A DNA stretch of 64,000 bases from Tubulanus polymorphus (taxonomy: Eukaryota; Animalia; Nemertea). Numbering within the stretch: the first letter of the stretch is position 1; the number at the start of each line of letters is the position of its first letter. This document shows, piece by piece, positions 63,481 through 64,000 of this stretch. The stretch lies in NCBI RefSeq assembly GCF_964204645.1, contig NC_134030.1:16988110-17052109 (forward strand), given 5' to 3'. The position numbers and the translations under genes were made by a program. Under the pieces are notes generated by a model that did not search any database, was not told the origin of the DNA, and was given only the letters and a program-made list of their open reading frames with translations.

Positions 63481-64000
63481 TTATTTTTTATTATTTTTTT
63501 CTTGATATCTTTTTGATATCATATTCACTAACCCAAAAATAATAGCACTTACAACTGTAATTAAAAATAAAATAATATGTTCAGCAGCAAAGTTAAGAAT
63601 ATTCCCAGCAGATTTCAATATAAAACCAACAATTGATGCAATAATTCCTGGTAATGCTGCAGCAGATTTTTTAGATAGTTCCCATAAATATTTTGCTAAT
63701 TTCTTTAAACCATCCTTAACTTTATCTTGTATAGAATTATTATCATTCGGGGGTTTATCCGGTTTATTGGGAGTAGGAGTAGATTTCAAAGCATTTGATA
63801 TTGCTAAACCAATTGGTGTAAATAACATAGTTACAGCTGTTAGAATTGAAAGAATTGTTATTCCTTCTAATTTAAATAATAACTTTATTCTATCTTTCAG
63901 TGATATTTCAGAATTTGGTTTTATCAATAAATCTTTAAAAATAACTTTTAATCTATTTATATTATAATCATATGATTTTAATGATAATTTAATTTCTTCT
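63481..64000 (-). CDS. Polinton membrane-associated protein (5' end beyond the window)
   Basis: Frame stays open to the window edge; hydrophobic segments GITILSILTAVTMLF, AAALPGIIASIVGFIL, HIILFLITVVSAIIFGLV. Confidence 0.7.
   Translation of the reverse strand, partial: EEIKLSLKSYDYNINRLKVIFKDLLIKPNSEISLKDRIKLLFKLEGITILSILTAVTMLFTPIGLAISNALKSTPTPNKPDKPPNDNNSIQDKVKDGLKKLAKYLWELSKKSAAALPGIIASIVGFILKSAGNILNFAAEHIILFLITVVSAIIFGLVNMISKRYQEKNNKK

Larger units (their letters stand above)
48489..64000. mobile_element. Endogenous Polinton/Maverick (adintovirus-like) region, probably two related copies; continues past the window
   Basis: Abrupt shift to very AT-rich intronless ORFs: pPolB, rve integrase with chromodomain, A32/FtsK-like ATPase, capsid-sized ORF; termini not identified. 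Confidence 0.9.

Overview
Animal genomic DNA (AT-rich, spliceosomal introns; the repeat content suggests a marine invertebrate, which is inference). 1-47.3 kb holds the 3' part of a nucleoprotein TPR (Tpr/Megator/Mlp1) gene: 33 phase-consistent GT-AG coding exons on +, stop at 47275. Its introns contain two DIRS1-like tyrosine-recombinase retrotransposons (a decayed copy at 5276-12831 and a largely readable copy at 26614-32570, both with ITRs and ICR), Helentron/HINE-like elements with 145-154 bp internal satellites, Tc2/pogo MITEs, hAT-like MITEs and a Penelope-type hammerhead ribozyme. From ~48.5 kb to the window end lies a very AT-rich endogenous Polinton/Maverick (adintovirus-like) region. 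It has a pseudogenised protein-primed PolB on +, interrupted by a BEL/Pao fragment and cut off by a Penelope/CR1 tract, and a nearly intact minus-strand module (membrane protein, major capsid protein, integrase-chromodomain, A32-like ATPase, small ORFs). Best leads: (i) a LAGLIDADG intein in the YxD/TDS active-site motif of the PolB, at the position used by giant-virus and archaeal PolB inteins; (ii) eight viral starts in ATAAATG context, five with an upstream ACAA(G/T)T(A/T)A-T-tract, resembling poxvirus late promoters. Together these suggest (inference) a virophage-like element dependent on a large cytoplasmic DNA virus.
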